DNA of 64,000 nucleotides from Rhizophagus irregularis (Eukaryota): NCBI RefSeq assembly GCF_026210795.1, contig NC_089435.1, positions 4,216,001 to 4,280,000 of the forward strand, read 5' to 3'. Shown piece by piece: positions 25,389 to 40,173 of this stretch (position 1 is its first letter; each line of letters starts with the position of its first letter). The notes under the pieces were generated by a model. It saw only the letters and a program-made list of their open reading frames with translations, ran no database searches and was not told where the DNA came from. The position numbers and the translations under genes were made by a program.

Positions 25389-28001
25389 ATATTAGAACTA
25401 TTCAGATTTCCACATATTTCTACAATATTCGATGTGGATTTCCATGTGGATTTTAAGTGGAAAAATTTCTGTACAAACAAATTTTATTCGAGTTTATAGA
25501 ACGAGCGAAAACTCCGGATTTCTATGTATATAAAGTTTTTCAATAATGGTTAAAAATTGTTTAAATTATTCATTACCTGCACTTTTTTATTTTTTAATAA
25601 AAACTTCTGGTTGAAGAGATCCCAATTAACGAAATTTGAATTAGTATTATTATTATTAGTTATAACTAATTAAATTATTAAGTAATAATAAATAATATCT
25701 AGATTTTTAGAGATATGATAACTTGGTTTTGGTTTAAATGAGTGTATGATGGCATCCATGTGACATTGTGACATACACAAGTGATAAATAAGATGAACTG
25801 GCCAAAATTATTATAATGCGAGCCGAAAGTGTATTTCTCTTTATATGTTACATGCTTAAATAACACCAATTCACCACCCTTTCTTCTTACCTAATTAACA
25901 CACGGTATCCACAGTTTTATTTTAATCACTGTAACTTAAAGAGCCCTTGCATAGTGGATCCGTTTACAAGCAAAACAAATATGCAAGAAGTAGTAAAGTA
26001 ACAGCCCGTTATTATAATATTACTTAATATAGAAATTCAACGCCACTGATTTGCATTTCTAGAAAAAAATGAGTTTAACGCCAACCCGGCCCGGCCCGGA
26101 CCCGGCAAACTTAATTCATAACAATACTTATATCATCTCTTATTAGAAAAAGATGATTTTAATGTTACTTTATAATTAATAAATAATTGAAATGGAGATT
26201 TGGAAATGTTTCTGTTTCTTTAAAATTATTCAAACTTTTTTTTTTTTTTAAAAAAAAAAATTGATCGGATGGGCGAAATTTAATACGATTTTTTAAAAAT
26301 ATATTTATTTAAAAGGATAAAAAAAATTTTTTTTTATATATATATGAGTTTACATTAGGTCATAAAATTTGTTGGCTGCAAGGTATTTAATTTCATGATT
26401 TGATTTGGATTTCATTTTTATCTAAGTGTTAAATTCCTTTCTTATTCATTGATTATTGATTGTTTTTAAGTACTTAAGTATCAATTGCTTTATAATTATG
26501 AATATATTTTTCAGTAGCTAGAAATGGGATAACCACAGCATCTGTTACGTAAATCACATGATATGTGACTATCATATATATTAGAGGTTAAGATGCAGGG
26601 ACGATGATTTTATGGGGTTTCACGATAAATCACAAAAGTACAATTCATAACATGCAGGCTGCGTTATTTACGATAAAATTTATGAAAAAAAGCGCCACAA
26701 AAAATCTTTGTGTAGTATTACACCGCATCACACCCATTTTTACAGCTTACAGTATTTTGTCAAATGTAACGTGGTGTACTATCATGTTTACTATCATTTT
26801 CATTTTCCATGAAATTCTTATGTTATTTGTTTTATTTGTTCGTATAAGATAAAACTTTACCAGGGAAAAATTTTAGTTCTTGTTTGTGATGCAGGCTGAG
26901 TGATTTTTATTTTTGTGTTTATATTACGCTCTCACATTATATCAAATAAATCACGTAATAAAATAAGATTTTTTTTCAAAAAGTTAAATCAAATTTCTTG
27001 CTCTGCTTTAACAAATAAACTATCATCAATTAAAGATCTTATATCTATGTGCATAAAGGAAATGTGCTCAATAAAATTTCATTGTATCAAGCTTTCTCTA
27101 TCAAAATCTGAACATTATTTAGATGATGAATACCAAAGTGTGAATATCGACCTCCAAATTGAATATTTCGTGCCTAATAACTATTGGCTTCTGTCGTAAG
27201 TAGAGGTGCAGACATTTTCTTTTTTTAACTACGTCACTCATTAAGTCAATGAAAGGTTGTAATTCGTGACGTAGCTCTATAATATGTAAATTATTATAAA
27301 ATTTCTATGTGAGCATCTGCAGTGACGTTCTTCTTTGTTACAGCAGTTACGTCGGTAAAGTTTGCATAAGTGAACGTACGTATTACGTAATTCTTGAATT
27401 CACTTATCTTTTTTTGGTTAGTGCACCAAACTTACTTTTAATGGATATATTTATCGGTCATGAGACCAAATGATTGAGGTATCTATGAAGTTGATACATT
27501 AGCAAATATTTGTTGGCCAATTAAAAATAAATTTTAAAAATATTGTTTACTCAAGAACTTTTAGTATCATAATTAGAAAGTAAGTTTTATTATAATTTTT
27601 TAAAATCCTTAAAATTTATTACTTTATAAATTGGTGTAAATTTAAGTTCATTACTGTGTCCTTTAGTAGTACTTAATGTAATACTAATTAGAACTGTAAA
27701 AATTGTCATTAAAAAAAATTGAATACTAGATTGACTAATATGTTAGCTAATACAGTATGAGTATGTTAATTATTAATGCATAAGGGAGTTTTTTTTTTAT
27801 TCAACCATAAATAAATGTATTAAAAATTATCCTCCAAAAAGTATCTGATGAGAAAATATCACTTCAAGGAGGTTTACTTAGCGTTACTTTTTCATAGAAA
27901 TGCCGTCATGCAAAGTGTTGATGAAAATTTTAAATTTTAAGTATAAACAATCTATATAATAATATAATATATCTTTCATATTTGATATTTCATATTTTAA
28001 A

Positions 28002-28852
28002 TTATAAAACATCTAACTTATTATCATTCGTAGCAGTCTCCTTCCTCTCCCTCCTATGTGCATAAGCTGAAATTACCATCACAAAATGCACCTATATTAC
28101 ATAACGAAAGAAAAAAAAAAGAACGTTAGAAAGCTCCTTTTATTTTTAAAAGTGAAATATATAATAATACGTACCGATATAGTGATCGAAAAAACGGCAA
28201 GAATAACGAGATACGTTAATAAAATTGGGGATGAAAATAAAATAATAACAATAAACCCCATTACGCTACTTATTATTTCGATCGCTAAAATAACGTAGGC
28301 TATTTTAGTATAAATGAACAACATATTGGACGTATTCTAAGTAAGAATTATAGAGTTATAAAATTAGTTATTAAAAATATTAAAGAAAAGATTCTATTTT
28401 ATAATATTTCTTTCAATATATAATACATACTGCGAGGGTAATAGTGAACAATCCAAATATTGCTCCAATTGTCATTAATCCATAAAGAACAATTATCGTA
28501 ATAGAATACATTTGGAATGCATTCACATTTCTCAAGTCCGGATCTATGATCATTTATAAATATGTTAACTTTTCTTTTTATTATTATTATTATTATTATT
28601 AATTTGGTATGAACTAATTTACCATATTTTTCTGGGTCGTTTAGATTTATAGCGTTGCTTATAACCATATAAATTCCATAAATCTTTTGAATTTTATATA
28701 AGAAAATTTTTTTTTTTGTTAGTTAAGATATACAAATGTTATATTATAACTCAATATATTTTTATTTTGAAAAGAAAACATACAAGCCATATCAATGATA
28801 CAATTACGACACCAGCTTTTAATGGGACGCAGAAACAACATTGGGACGTCAT
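28002..28852 (-). CDS. 4-TM membrane protein with CCxCxPLKxG N-terminus (LAPTM/DUF4728-like), paralog T1, 164 aa
   Basis: Exons 28852-28784, 28683-28623, 28543-28431, 28336-28175, 28091-28002 (495 nt, GT-AG). MTSQCCFCVPLKAGVVIVSLIWL...VHFVMVISAYAHRRERKETATNDNKLDVL*. Four hydrophobic segments. Confidence 0.85.
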
Positions 28853-31800
28853 TTTTATCTTATTTTCTTTTTTCTTTCAAAGAATAAAGTTATGGATTTT
28901 AATAATTTTAAAAGAAACAAAAGGATAAAAAAAAATGAATGTGCTTTATATATTATTTGTTTTATTTTTCTTTTTTTTTTTTGTGATAAAAGTCAGATGA
29001 TATAAGAACTTTTAATAGCTAAAGCAACGACAGGAAATAGAAAATAATAATCAAAAAAAATTCTTGTGAAAAGATAAAAACCACGTTATATATATATATT
29101 ATTTATAAGAATTTACGAAAATTTGATGGCAATAAAATATTTATGCATGCAATATCTATTTCCGAAATAACCATCATATTGGTCATATAATGAATGTATC
29201 AATGTATCACTGTTACCCAAAAGCATCTTCGGAAAAACCACAAAAGTATTACGTAATAAAAGATTATCAATACGAATAGAAAAAAGGGCATGTGTAACTG
29301 AACCCAGAAAAAAAAATTTCAGGGGTTCGAATCAATTTACATTGAATTTTTAATTTTTTTTTTTCATTTTTCGGAAATTATTTGTTTTATCAATTAAAAA
29401 TTATTTCTGTGGAATAATAGGCTGTTATTTTCCGGGAAAATTTATTGCTTTTAAATATTTCCATATTTATCCGACATTATTACGTCAATCATTATTCTTC
29501 TATGTAACGTTACTTTTTAATAGTCAATATTGAATGTTCTCCACATTATTTGTCTTTTACTTTCTTTTATTACATCTTTAACAAGAATATAGTAAACAAC
29601 ATTCATAAATACCCTTAAATGGACTATGGAATATCATTTATTTTTTTTGGTAAACGCCTTTTTTCGAAATGAATAATATGTGTAATTAGAATCAATCAAA
29701 TGATACAACCGCAATAAAATTTTGATATTTTCGATGCTCTGAATGAACTGAATGGATTCACAACGTGAGAATCGTGAACGAATGGTAGTAAGATTTTGCC
29801 AAGAGTAAGCTGCGAACACATAATTAATCCATAATTATGCGCGTTATAGACTAAACCTACAAAGTATTAGTTGTTTCGCGTGAAATGTATAAATGTATAA
29901 TTCCTTATAACTGTGACATTCGTTGCATCCACGTTGCGGTAAAATCTATTAGATTTTGAATTCTGTGAAAAATTAGTTCATCTTATTTCTTTTTCATATT
30001 TTTTTTTTATTTTTATTATTTTTATTTTATTGCATACAAACAAATGAAATTCAATCGTGATATATGAATGATATGCAACAAATATTATTATATTAAAATA
30101 TTCTGTAAACATGGTAAATCATTTTACTAAAACTGGATGTAAGGATGTTCGTAAAAGAAATTAATGTGGCGCAGCTGATTTTCTAACACGCTAACTATAT
30201 CAAAAATGTGGTTATCCCGATTTACTTTGTCCACATGGTTCGATCATCAAATCGTAAATGAAACCATGTGTTACAACATTATGCATTATTTTATTGTTCT
30301 TTGTTAAAAGACAGACACAAAAAAAAAATTTAATTATTTGTTACATTATACGCCAAATACATAATATGAGAATATGAATCTATGATTTCATTAATTTCAT
30401 TAATTTCATTATCAATACATTACACGAACCGGAATATTTACTTCCCGCTACGATATATACAATACAATAGGATAATTAGATAAATTTGAACTATCTAAAA
30501 AAAGCTTGATGTTAAATAATTCTTAATTCCGATACTCTTAATTTAATTTCCCCGTATATTGTAACTTATTGATAAAAAATTTTTTTTTTTTGAAATAACG
30601 AATTTATGCGTAAAGGCGTAAGATCGCACCATCTATTTGTCACACAATCTACACTACATTTTTTTTTATACTACTTTTGATTTGTTTAAAATGGAATCGG
30701 GTCAGTCTTTTTTTTAAAAAACGGGTTTTCCCTTGAGTTTTTTTTTTGGGGCGGGATTTCCTTTGATTTATGAATTCCTTTTTCATTTAGAATCACATTT
30801 TTTTTTTTATTAGAAGGGATTTGTTCTTTTTTTAGAACAGGTTAAAGCATGTAAAAAAGTTGATCCGAGTTTCATATTTATGTTTTATTCCGTAAATGAC
30901 ATAAATGAAGCTAGCGCGATAACGGAATTTGTAATCCTAAATTATGGAAATTTTTAGATTTTTCCGATAAAATGTAAAAAGATTCGCATAGTGAAATATA
31001 ATCGGAGATATTCGGATTTATCATATATGAATAGATGGGAAGATTTCGAACCTTTTAAACCCTTCTTTCTTTCACGAAGAATAATGGATTTTTTTTTCTT
31101 TAGAAATAATAGGAATAAACAGTTGAATTCTTATCTTTTAATAATAAATTTCATTTTTATTTCGTAAAAAATTATATTTTAGATGTAAATAATAGAAATT
31201 GTAAAGAAACTTCGTTATAAAATTGTTCTTAGATAAAGTTTAATACCACATGATATTCATGCGCACGTGGGGTCTTTCGCATGAACTTAAAAAAAATTTT
31301 TCATCATTTTACATCTTCTCGATAATTTTTATCCTATCGTATTTGTCACCATGTATCACATTTGCATATATTTTGGGACTTTATTTTTTTTGGTTAAAAT
31401 CTTTATTTATTTGTCACACATTATATAAAGTTTAGGATAAAATTTAGGGTATGATAAGAAGGTAAAGAATTTTGGGGCTGTAATCCTTTACATTTATAAC
31501 TGATAAGATAACCCTATCAAGAGTCAATCAAGTAAGTAAGATAAGTAATAACTGATAAGTATTTTTAATTTCAATAATGTAAAAAAGTAAAAAAAAATTA
31601 AAAAATAAAAGATATTTTGATAAAAAAGATATTTTACTTTATTAGTATAATAATTTTATTTGATTTTACTGTGATTTCTAAAACCAGTTTTTTAAAATTT
31701 AATGAATAACATTTTATTACGATGGTAATATAATAATTTCGTGAATCTGCGAATAAAATCAATCAACTGCTTCGGTGCAATATTATATAGTTGATCACTA

Positions 31801-32285
31801 TTCCCAATTTCGTAATATGGACTCACATACAGTATTTGTGTTACTACATAATCTCACATACTTTTTTTTTAAAAAAAAAACTTTCTCATACATTTATTCT
31901 TTAATTGGCGTAATAACGCAGGTTTACATCACTTTTTGCAGGTTTGATTCATGAATCAAAAATTAATATTATTAAATCTGTTTCGAATTATTATTGTTAT
32001 ATATATATGTTAATTTTCAATGATTTTTCAAATGTACAGGAAATAAAAATAACTTTTTTTTTTTTTAATCACGTTAATTCAGGCAGGTACCGAAAAAAAA
32101 TTTATTTTCAAAAATAAACAAATATGCAGTTAATTGTTCTGTATTACATTAGCATAAAACCGGTCACAACCGGCCGATATCGGAATACCGATTATTAAAA
32201 TTATTTAAAAGTTTTAACCGACAAAGAAGTTGTCTGACAACATTTCAAAAGGGGGTAATCATCATATACAAATAACAAATTAAAT

Positions 32286-33300
32286 TTATAATTTACTAGT
32301 TTTTTCATATAAATGTGTTTCAGCAGCATCAGCAGCAGTAGTTTCTTTTTCTTTTTCATTTCTTCTCTGCGCGTAAGATGCAATTACAATAGCGAAGTAT
32401 ACCTGCATTTATAATAAAAAAAAACAATTAATATTAACTTCCTTTTTTTTTTAAAAAAAAACTATGTAAAGTAATAGGTAAATATAATTTTATTTTATTA
32501 CATACCGAAATAAGAGTTGAAACAACGGCACTCATTATAATAGATTTTAAAAAATCATCATATTCTTCATTACATGCTCCAGATTTTTCGTTAACAGATG
32601 CGATAATATTAGCATTTAATTCTGCACATAATTTCAATATATCTGCTTTAAACACAACAGAAACGACTGCTGTTAATATATGACTTATAACATTGATTCC
32701 AACAATAACATAAGCTATTTTAGCATATATAGACAACATTCTTGGAATATTCTAAAAATTTTTTCAATTTTGTATAATTAGTAGATATTTTTTTTTTTTT
32801 TCAAAATAACATTATCATATTTTAACATTTTTTACTTACTGCATATGTTAATACATATAATCCGAATGCTGCCCCGAAAGTTATTAATGCATTGAAAACA
32901 ATTGAAGCAATATATTGTACTTTGAAATATATAAGCGCTAATATATGTTGAAAAAAATTAATATATGTATTAAAAAAAATTATATAAAATTAATATATTG
33001 ATATATATATTAATCACTTAAAAAAAAGTATTAAATGTTAAATAATAAAATAATTTACCATTTACTTTATTTGGTGTGGCGATTCCTAATGAACTGTCTA
33101 TAATCGCATAAATTCCGAAAATCTTTTTGTTTGAAAAATGAATTTTTTTTTTCTTGTTAAAAGACGTATAAATATATTTTATAAATAATTATACAGATAA
33201 TAATAAAAAAACATACAAGCCATAACAATGTGATAATAATAACGCCAGATTTTAACGGAATACAAAAGCAACAATTATTAATATGCGGTCTCTTCGTCAT
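32286..33300 (-). CDS. 4-TM paralog T2, 202 aa
   Basis: Exons 33300-33217, 33122-33059, 32937-32840, 32751-32506, 32402-32286 (609 nt). MTKRPHINNCCFCIPLKSGVIIITLLWL...VYFAIVIASYAQRRNEKEKETTAADAAETHLYEKTSKL*. Confidence 0.85.
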
Positions 33301-33985
33301 TTTTGAAGGGTTTTTATATATTAACTTTACTTTAGCTTTCAAAGGGAAAATAAGTTTTTTTTAAAAGAAGGCAGGGAATTTAAAAACTACCGAAAACTTT
33401 GAAATTATTTATAAGAAGCCCGGGAGATCGACTTTTCGGTTTACTACTAAAGCGAAATCCTGTCCCACGTGGGTCCTATGCAAATTACCAAGCCATTAAA
33501 GGGGGCGAAGGTTATTTTACAAAAATGGTTCGTGTTATTTTTTTTTTATTTGGATATATATGGAAAAACATGATAAACAGAAAATTTATTATTTAATAAA
33601 CTCATTCATTATAATAATAATAATAAAGTTGAGAAATCTAGAAATCTTTCTTTTTATAAAGAAATGTAATCAAAGGTTCATTTGTTAACAATTGTCTAAA
33701 AATATAATTGTTTCACGTTACAATAAAAAAAAAATTTAATAATGCTGTGTTTTATTTACCTTTTATAATTTTACTATTTTCGTTCGTTTGTTTGTTGTTA
33801 TACGGTTACACACATTTTGCATTGGAAATGTCCTAACAAATAAATATCGATTTTTACTACGCCATCACTAGTTAATACTTGTGTTTATAGTATATACACA
33901 TGATCGTGTAGTATGCTCTGAGCCCAATAATGTGTGAAATTTACAACTGAATTGCAGTAAAAAGAAAAAGGTCAAGCGATATTTT

Positions 33986-34084
33986 TATAACAAATTTTTT
34001 AGAAAATTGATCATCTGTCGAAGTTTTTCGGAATAAAAACTAGAAAAATGATCATTTATCGGAGTTTTTCCCGGAAAATTCTAT
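33986..34084. mobile_element. CCCTATA-family MITE (copy 3, termini eroded)
   Basis: Body aaattttttagaaaattgatcat...ctagaaaaatgatcatttatcggagtttttcc matches 47942-48046. Confidence 0.6.
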
Positions 34085-34309
34085 GCATATTACTTCTTAA
34101 TAAGAACATGTATTTGAAGTTCAAGTACAGTAAATGGCACTCTGTGGTACAAAAAACGCACAGAGGTATATTTATTAATAATTAATGATTAAGCCTTTTA
34201 TTTTACTTTTAAGATGATTTTTTTAACAATACTAAATTAAAATTGAATAGTAATACAGTTCATGCGTAGCATAACAAATAAATAAATTATAACATGATTT
34301 TACAATTAT

Positions 34310-35560
34310 TTTATCACTCGTTTTGATGTCATCACTTGTTTTCATGCCATCACTCCATGTCATCACTCGTTTTCACGCCATCATTTGTTTTCGTGTCATC
34401 ACTAATCTTCATGCCATCACCCGTTTTCATGTCATCACTCTTCATGCCATCACTCGTCTTTATGTCATCATTCGTTTTCGTGTCATCACTAATCTTTAAA
34501 ATGCCATCACTCATTTTCATGCCATCATTCGTTTTCGTGTCATCACTAATCTTCATGCCATCACCCGTTTTCATGTCATCACTCGTCTTCATGTCATCAT
34601 TCGTTTTAATATCATCATTCGTTTTAATGTCACCATTCGTTTTAATGTCACCATTTGCTTTAATGTCATCATTCGTTTTAATGTCATCATTCGTTTTAAT
34701 GTCACCATTCGTTTTAATGTCACCATTCGTTTTAATGTCACCATTCATTTTAATGTCACCATTCGTTTTAATGTCACCATTCGTTTTAATGTCACCATTC
34801 GTTTCAATGACATCATTCGTTTTAATGTCACCATTCGTTTTAATGACATCATTCGTTTTAATGTGCTCATTCGGTTTAATATCATCAGTCGGTTTAATAT
34901 CATCGCTAGTTTGTCCATATCCTTCATAAACAGCAACCGATATATTCATCTCCATGTCATCACTAGTTTGTCTATGTCCATCAGCAGCTGATATATTCAT
35001 CTTCATGTCATCACTAATAGTTTGTCTATGTCCATCATCAGCAGCAGCCGATATATTCATCTTCATGTCATCACTAGTAGTTTGTCTATGTCCATCATCA
35101 GCAGCAGCCGATATATTTATCTTCATATCATCACTAGTTTGTCTATGTCCATCATCAGCAGAAGATATATTCATCTTCATATCATCACTAGTTTGTCCAT
35201 GTCCATCATCAGCAGCAGCCGATAAATTCATCTTCATGTCATCACTAGTTTGTCCATGTCCATCATCAGCGGCAGCCGATAAATTCATCTTCATGTCATC
35301 ACTAGTTTGTCCGTATGGACGGTCATCAGGAACAGCCGGTAAACTTTTCATGTCATCAATAGTTTGTCCGTATGGATGATCATCAACGGTAGCTGGTACT
35401 CTCGTCATCAAGTCATCACTAGTTTGTCCATATGGGTGATCATCAACAGCAGCTGGTACTATCTTCGTAATGTCATTATTAGTTTGTTCATATGAACTAT
35501 CATCAGTCTTCGTAAAATCACTAGTTTGACCGTATGAATAAATATTTGGTACTACATTCG
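34310..35560 (-). repeat. hierarchical coding repeat in T3: ~57-nt units (DDHPYGQTSDD...), ~54-nt units (DDGHxQTSDDMKMNISAAA) and >30 18-nt units (DIKTNG/DMKTSD)
   Basis: Read directly from the sequence and from ORF 34350..35747. Confidence 0.9.
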
Positions 35561-36486
35561 TCATGACTACTCCGTATGGATTATTAACTGCATTAACTGG
35601 TACTACGTTCGCCATGTCTACAACAGTTTGTCCGTATGGATAATATACAGCAGCAGTTTGTCTATATGGAGCAGCAGCGGCAGCATCTTCCTTAAATTTT
35701 CTTCTCTGTGCATAATTGTAAACTACTATAGCAAAGTAAACCTGCATTTAAATTAAATAAAATAAAAATTATAAATTATTAAGATTTCTTATTTTTAAAA
35801 ATAACTAATAATTTTATAGTATCTTTAATACACGTACCTCTAAAAAGAATAAAAAAATGGAAGTAGTAATAAATATTCCCAGTGAACATCCGTAATAACC
35901 ACATGTTGATGAACTTGCTATAATGATAACAACTATGAAATTAGTTAAAATATCATGAATTGTAAAGACAATAAAAATAATAGAGTATATTCTCAAATTT
36001 TTATAAGTATTCTAAAAATAAAGTTTATGTAGAATTAGTAGAATATTTTATTAATCAAATAATAGTATTTAGTTAATTATTTCATTACATACTGCAAAAG
36101 CCAATACGTATAATCCAAACGCTGCTCCAAGTGTTGTTAATGCATAAAGAATAACCTGTATCGCTCCGAACACTAAACATATATATATATTTTTATTTAT
36201 TTTAAAAAAAAGATTATTATTTATTTAATAACAATTTTTTTTTCTTTTTTTTTCAAAAAAAAAAAAGGAAATAAAGTGATTAACTATTATTGATTTACCT
36301 GCATTAATTACAGCTGCATAAATTCCAAAAATCTTTTTTTTTTTGAAATATTTTATTAAAGACATTCACATACTGTATAAAACTTGAAAAAATTTAAAAA
36401 CATACAAGCCATAATACTGTTATAATCACAACTCCAGTTTTTAATGGAATACAACCACAACAATTAGTTAATTTTCCTGGGAGCAT
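34350..36486 (-). CDS. 4-TM paralog T3 with a long acidic repeat tail, 586 aa
   Basis: Exons 36486-36406, 36332-36299, 36172-36093, 36011-35838, 35741-34350 (1761 nt). MLPGKLTNCCGCIPLKTGVVIITVLWL...; the last exon carries the tail repeats. Confidence 0.85.
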
Positions 36487-37504
36487 CCTAGTTAATTTGT
36501 AAATAATTATGAAAGAAGGATTTTTAAATAAAGAACCAACGAACTAATATGTACTTTTTCTTTTCCTTCTTTCTTTCCTTTTTTTTTTAGAAAAAAAAAG
36601 GTTAATGTGAACTTCGATATAATTATTACATTATTTATATGAATGAAGAATTGACCGGCTTCTACTCGTAAAGTTAATAAATTTGTAGATCTTACGGAGT
36701 TTCCGGAAGTGCAAATACAATAAAGTGGCAATCCAAAAGTAAACATTTGACGCGAACGCTTTGTTACGACTGTGTTCATGAGTACAATGGAATTGATCAA
36801 TAATGGATAAGTCCACTACGTACATATATATTTGTACGCATAAAAAACGGAGCTTTGTTTTTTATTTAGTTACACATTGTTTTTGAACTTAATTCCAATT
36901 TAAATAAATAATTAGCTTGGAGAAAAGAATGGCGAAAAGCCCGTGCAATATGTCGTCTATCTTTAACTGTAGTATAATTTTGATCATATTAACCAAGAAA
37001 TTCAATATATGGTTATATGATTTTGACTTTTCCTCATTTTTATAAATTATATATATTCTTAAGCTTAAGCTTATCCTTATTTCTAAATTCAGAATATGCT
37101 TTTAAGCTTCAACGGATAGTAAGTTAATATGTATTGATAAAAAAAAGTTGATGAAAAAAATGACATACAAAAACAAATGGTAAAAATAATTTGATAAACG
37201 TAATATTAAATAAATTGATCATTATGAATAATGAAAATAATGATTTATTAGTAAAGTATAATATGTTGCGTAATTATTATCATTCACTTTTTCTTTTTTT
37301 TATTGTATTTTATTTTATTTTTTTTTAAAAAAAAAAGATTCATTATTCCTTTTTATTCAATTAGGATAAAGAAAGATGCGCATCTGCCATCGATTTTTTA
37401 TTAGTAATAATAATACTTTTTTTTCCTTTTTAAGGCTTATTTAAATTAAAACAATAATTTCAGGAATAACAAAAAAGAATATATCAGATATATATATATA
37501 TATA

Positions 37505-37601
37505 TTTTCATAAAAATGATCACGTATCTAAGTTTATTCGGAATAAAAAATGATCATTTGATCATTTATCGAAGTTTTTTCCAGAATTTTTTTTTATAGT
37601 G
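37505..37601. mobile_element. CCCTATA-family MITE (copy 4, degenerate)
   Basis: aaaaatgatcac...tgatcatttatcgaagttttttccagaattttttttttatag. Confidence 0.5.
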
Positions 37602-38194
37602 ATAAAAATAGGTAAGTTTAGTTTCAAAATAAAATAATAAAGTTTTAAAAATAACTTATTATTATTAATAATCAAATATAAATATACTAAAATATTAATA
37701 ATTAGTACAAATTAATAAATTGATTTGATTTTTTTTAAAAAAAAAATTTGAAATTCTTTTTGCAATAATTTCTCGTGATATAAGTGATCTGTGCCTAGCA
37801 CAACTGACTTTGAAATTAGTTGTATATTTTAAAATTCTATGCTAAATATCAGATTATTTTAATAAGCAAAAAAAAAAAAAGGAATAATAAATATATTTAA
37901 TTTGTTTTAAAAAAAAAATACATGAATATAAATATGCTTTAATTTGTTTTATTTAATTGTATTAATTTGTCTAAAATTTGTTAGATGCGTATTTTTAATT
38001 AATAATAATAATATATGGTAAAATATTTCTTTTCCTTTTGCAAATTTTTTTTATAAAAATATTGATTCATCATATTATAAAATAACATATTTACATTATG
38101 TCATGCACTGTAAGTTATTTTATTAATAAATTTGCAAATATACATAAAGTACCATAAACAATAATTCAGAAATTCTTTTATAATAATAATACGA

Positions 38195-38343
38195 GTATTG
38201 CTAAATATCACCGCTGGTGATTGTCATCTCACCAGAATTAGGGTAGAATTTTGGGCAAAATTAAAAATGTCATGAAACTTCGCCCATTAATACTTGCTAA
38301 TGCTGGTGCGGTGAAAATCACCTGCGGTGAGATTTAGCAATGC
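38195..38343. mobile_element. ~150-bp hairpin MITE with ~47-bp imperfect TIRs
   Basis: gtattgctaaatatcaccgctggtgattgtcatctcaccagaattag (38195-38241) versus reverse complement of 38297-38343, gcattgctaaatctcaccgcaggtgattttcaccgcaccagcattag. Confidence 0.75.
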
Positions 38344-38431
38344 CAAAAAATATTTGCAAAATTGACTAGTATAAATCGTATTATTAATGAATGTGACAAC
38401 TTTGATTCTACTCTGGTTATTAATGTATATA

Positions 38432-38605
38432 CAGTCAACTCTCTCTAAGTGCACCCTCCTTGAGACCATAGTGAAATTTGAAAAAATGTGCATTTAGAGG
38501 GTGGGCATTTAGAGAGAGAAATTATATATGATCTCTATATACTTGGGACTGAATAAGAGGGTGCATTTAGAGAAAAAAAATATAATACGTAGAGAGAGCT
38601 GACTG
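38432..38605. mobile_element. Tc1/pogo-type MITE related to 13721-13918
   Basis: TIR cagtca(a/g)ctctctcta; TA flanks; gtgcatttagag repeats. Confidence 0.8.
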
Positions 38606-39431
38606 TAATACTAGATGGACCTTCAGAATATATATATACTGCGTTAAAAAATTATGTATTTTTGTGTGTTATTATTAGTACCTTTATTAAGTTGGAAGAC
38701 TGAAAGTCATAAATTTAATAAAAATAAAGCCCAAGTATATTACTATAAATTTTTGAAATATATGCTCTTAATAATTGATCCCTTATTATATCATTGACAT
38801 TACTTCAAGTATTTAACTGCTAACTATTTTTTCCAAATAATTTTAATTTTTTTACTTCAAGTTTCAAGTATCGCTAGTTAAGGTCAAGTTAAGGTCAAAG
38901 AAAAATTTTTCACTTCTAAAATAAAATAAATAGGAATTAAAAACGGATTAAAATTAATCCGAACAAATGATAAATCCAATCCGTCTCTTTTTTTTCCTCT
39001 TTTTGAAAGAGATTTTAAATTTGTTTCATTGTGAATTAAAAATCTAACCTTTATCTGCTAAATCTACATAATTGCTCAGGAAAAATCCCTTCTAACAATT
39101 TAGGTTTTCAGCTATCCCTGGTATGTAATTAAAGAATACTATAACTATGATAATTATCAGAGTAAAAGATAAACAATTAATTAATTATTATCAAAACAAA
39201 AATTTGGATCGTCATAGAATCATTACTAATGAATACTTAACACTTTATGTATTAGGAATTAGGATGACTATGTGACACATAATTTGATGTATATCGATGC
39301 ATTGAATTCCACATGATTTTATGTGGATCTGTAGAAACATGTTTACATATGTTTCGGACTTTCGGACCGATCCACCTAAAAATTGATGTACCTAATAGAT
39401 TCAATTTCAAAACGTCTATCATAAATTCATA

Positions 39432-40173
39432 ATGGTTACGCCAAAACTCCTTGTCAGATTGAGCATAAATCTTTTTTATAAACATCGAATTTTTTCTTCT
39501 ACTAATATTCATCATCCGGATAACTCAAAGAGGAGAAAAACAGTGATAAACTATCAGGCCAAATTCTGTCGGAGTTTTAAGGACTTTAAAGGATCTTGGA
39601 ATGAATTGTGTACATCATTTAACAATGCAATCCAAAACGCAAAAAAAGATTGTGTTCTGCGTCTACTCGAATATGATCAGGATTCACACAATGCTCTAAA
39701 CGAAATCAAGGAAGTATTGGAAAATACAAAAAGTAAGGTTCCCAGAATAGAACATGATATTATTGGCATCAAGGATTTAGAGGGAGCCTTTAAGAAAATG
39801 AATCTAGAAACCATAAGAGAATTAAAAATTGTGTTAGATATTACAGTAGGGTTACTTACAGGCACGGTCCTTATATCCGTTTTCATGGCTTCCATGATAG
39901 ATAGTCATAGGCGGAGTAGTTGGAGGATTATTCGCATCCATCTTTCTAGGTGCCGTAGCACTTGTTATAAAAGATGCTATAGTCGGAGCTATAGAAATAA
40001 ATGTATTAGAAGACACTATAGAAGCATGTAATATCGATTCGAGTTGCATTATCCACCTCGATGACGCGCGCAGGAAGATTGATGGAATAAACCAGAATAT
40101 CAAGGATGAAATTTATAAGACAGATGATAATCATATTATTATAAACGGAAAGCTTATCGAAATCAATAGTTAG
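39432..40173 (+). pseudogene. coiled-coil / glycine-rich hydrophobic hairpin / coiled-coil protein, frameshifted by a 4-bp duplication
   Basis: Removing one GATA of atgatagatagtc (~39896-39903) joins the ORF to IVIGGVVGGLFASIFLGAVALVIKDAIVGAIEINVLEDTIEACNIDSSCIIHLDDARRKIDGINQNIKDEIYKTDDNHIIINGKLIEINS*. The 5' region upstream of 39432 looks degenerate. Confidence 0.6.

Noticed and set aside
25253..27199. Short ORFs at 25253-25499, 26604-26852 and 26900-27199 (also 5824-6260, 23507-23827, 31250-31435, 52832-53176)
   Set aside because: Low-complexity AT-rich or MITE-overlapping frames with no motifs or splice support.
34336..35379. + strand hydrophobic repeat ORFs (MSSFVL..., 197 aa and 141 aa)
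   Set aside because: Antisense shadows of the T3 coding repeat; stop-free only because the repeat unit lacks stops in that frame.
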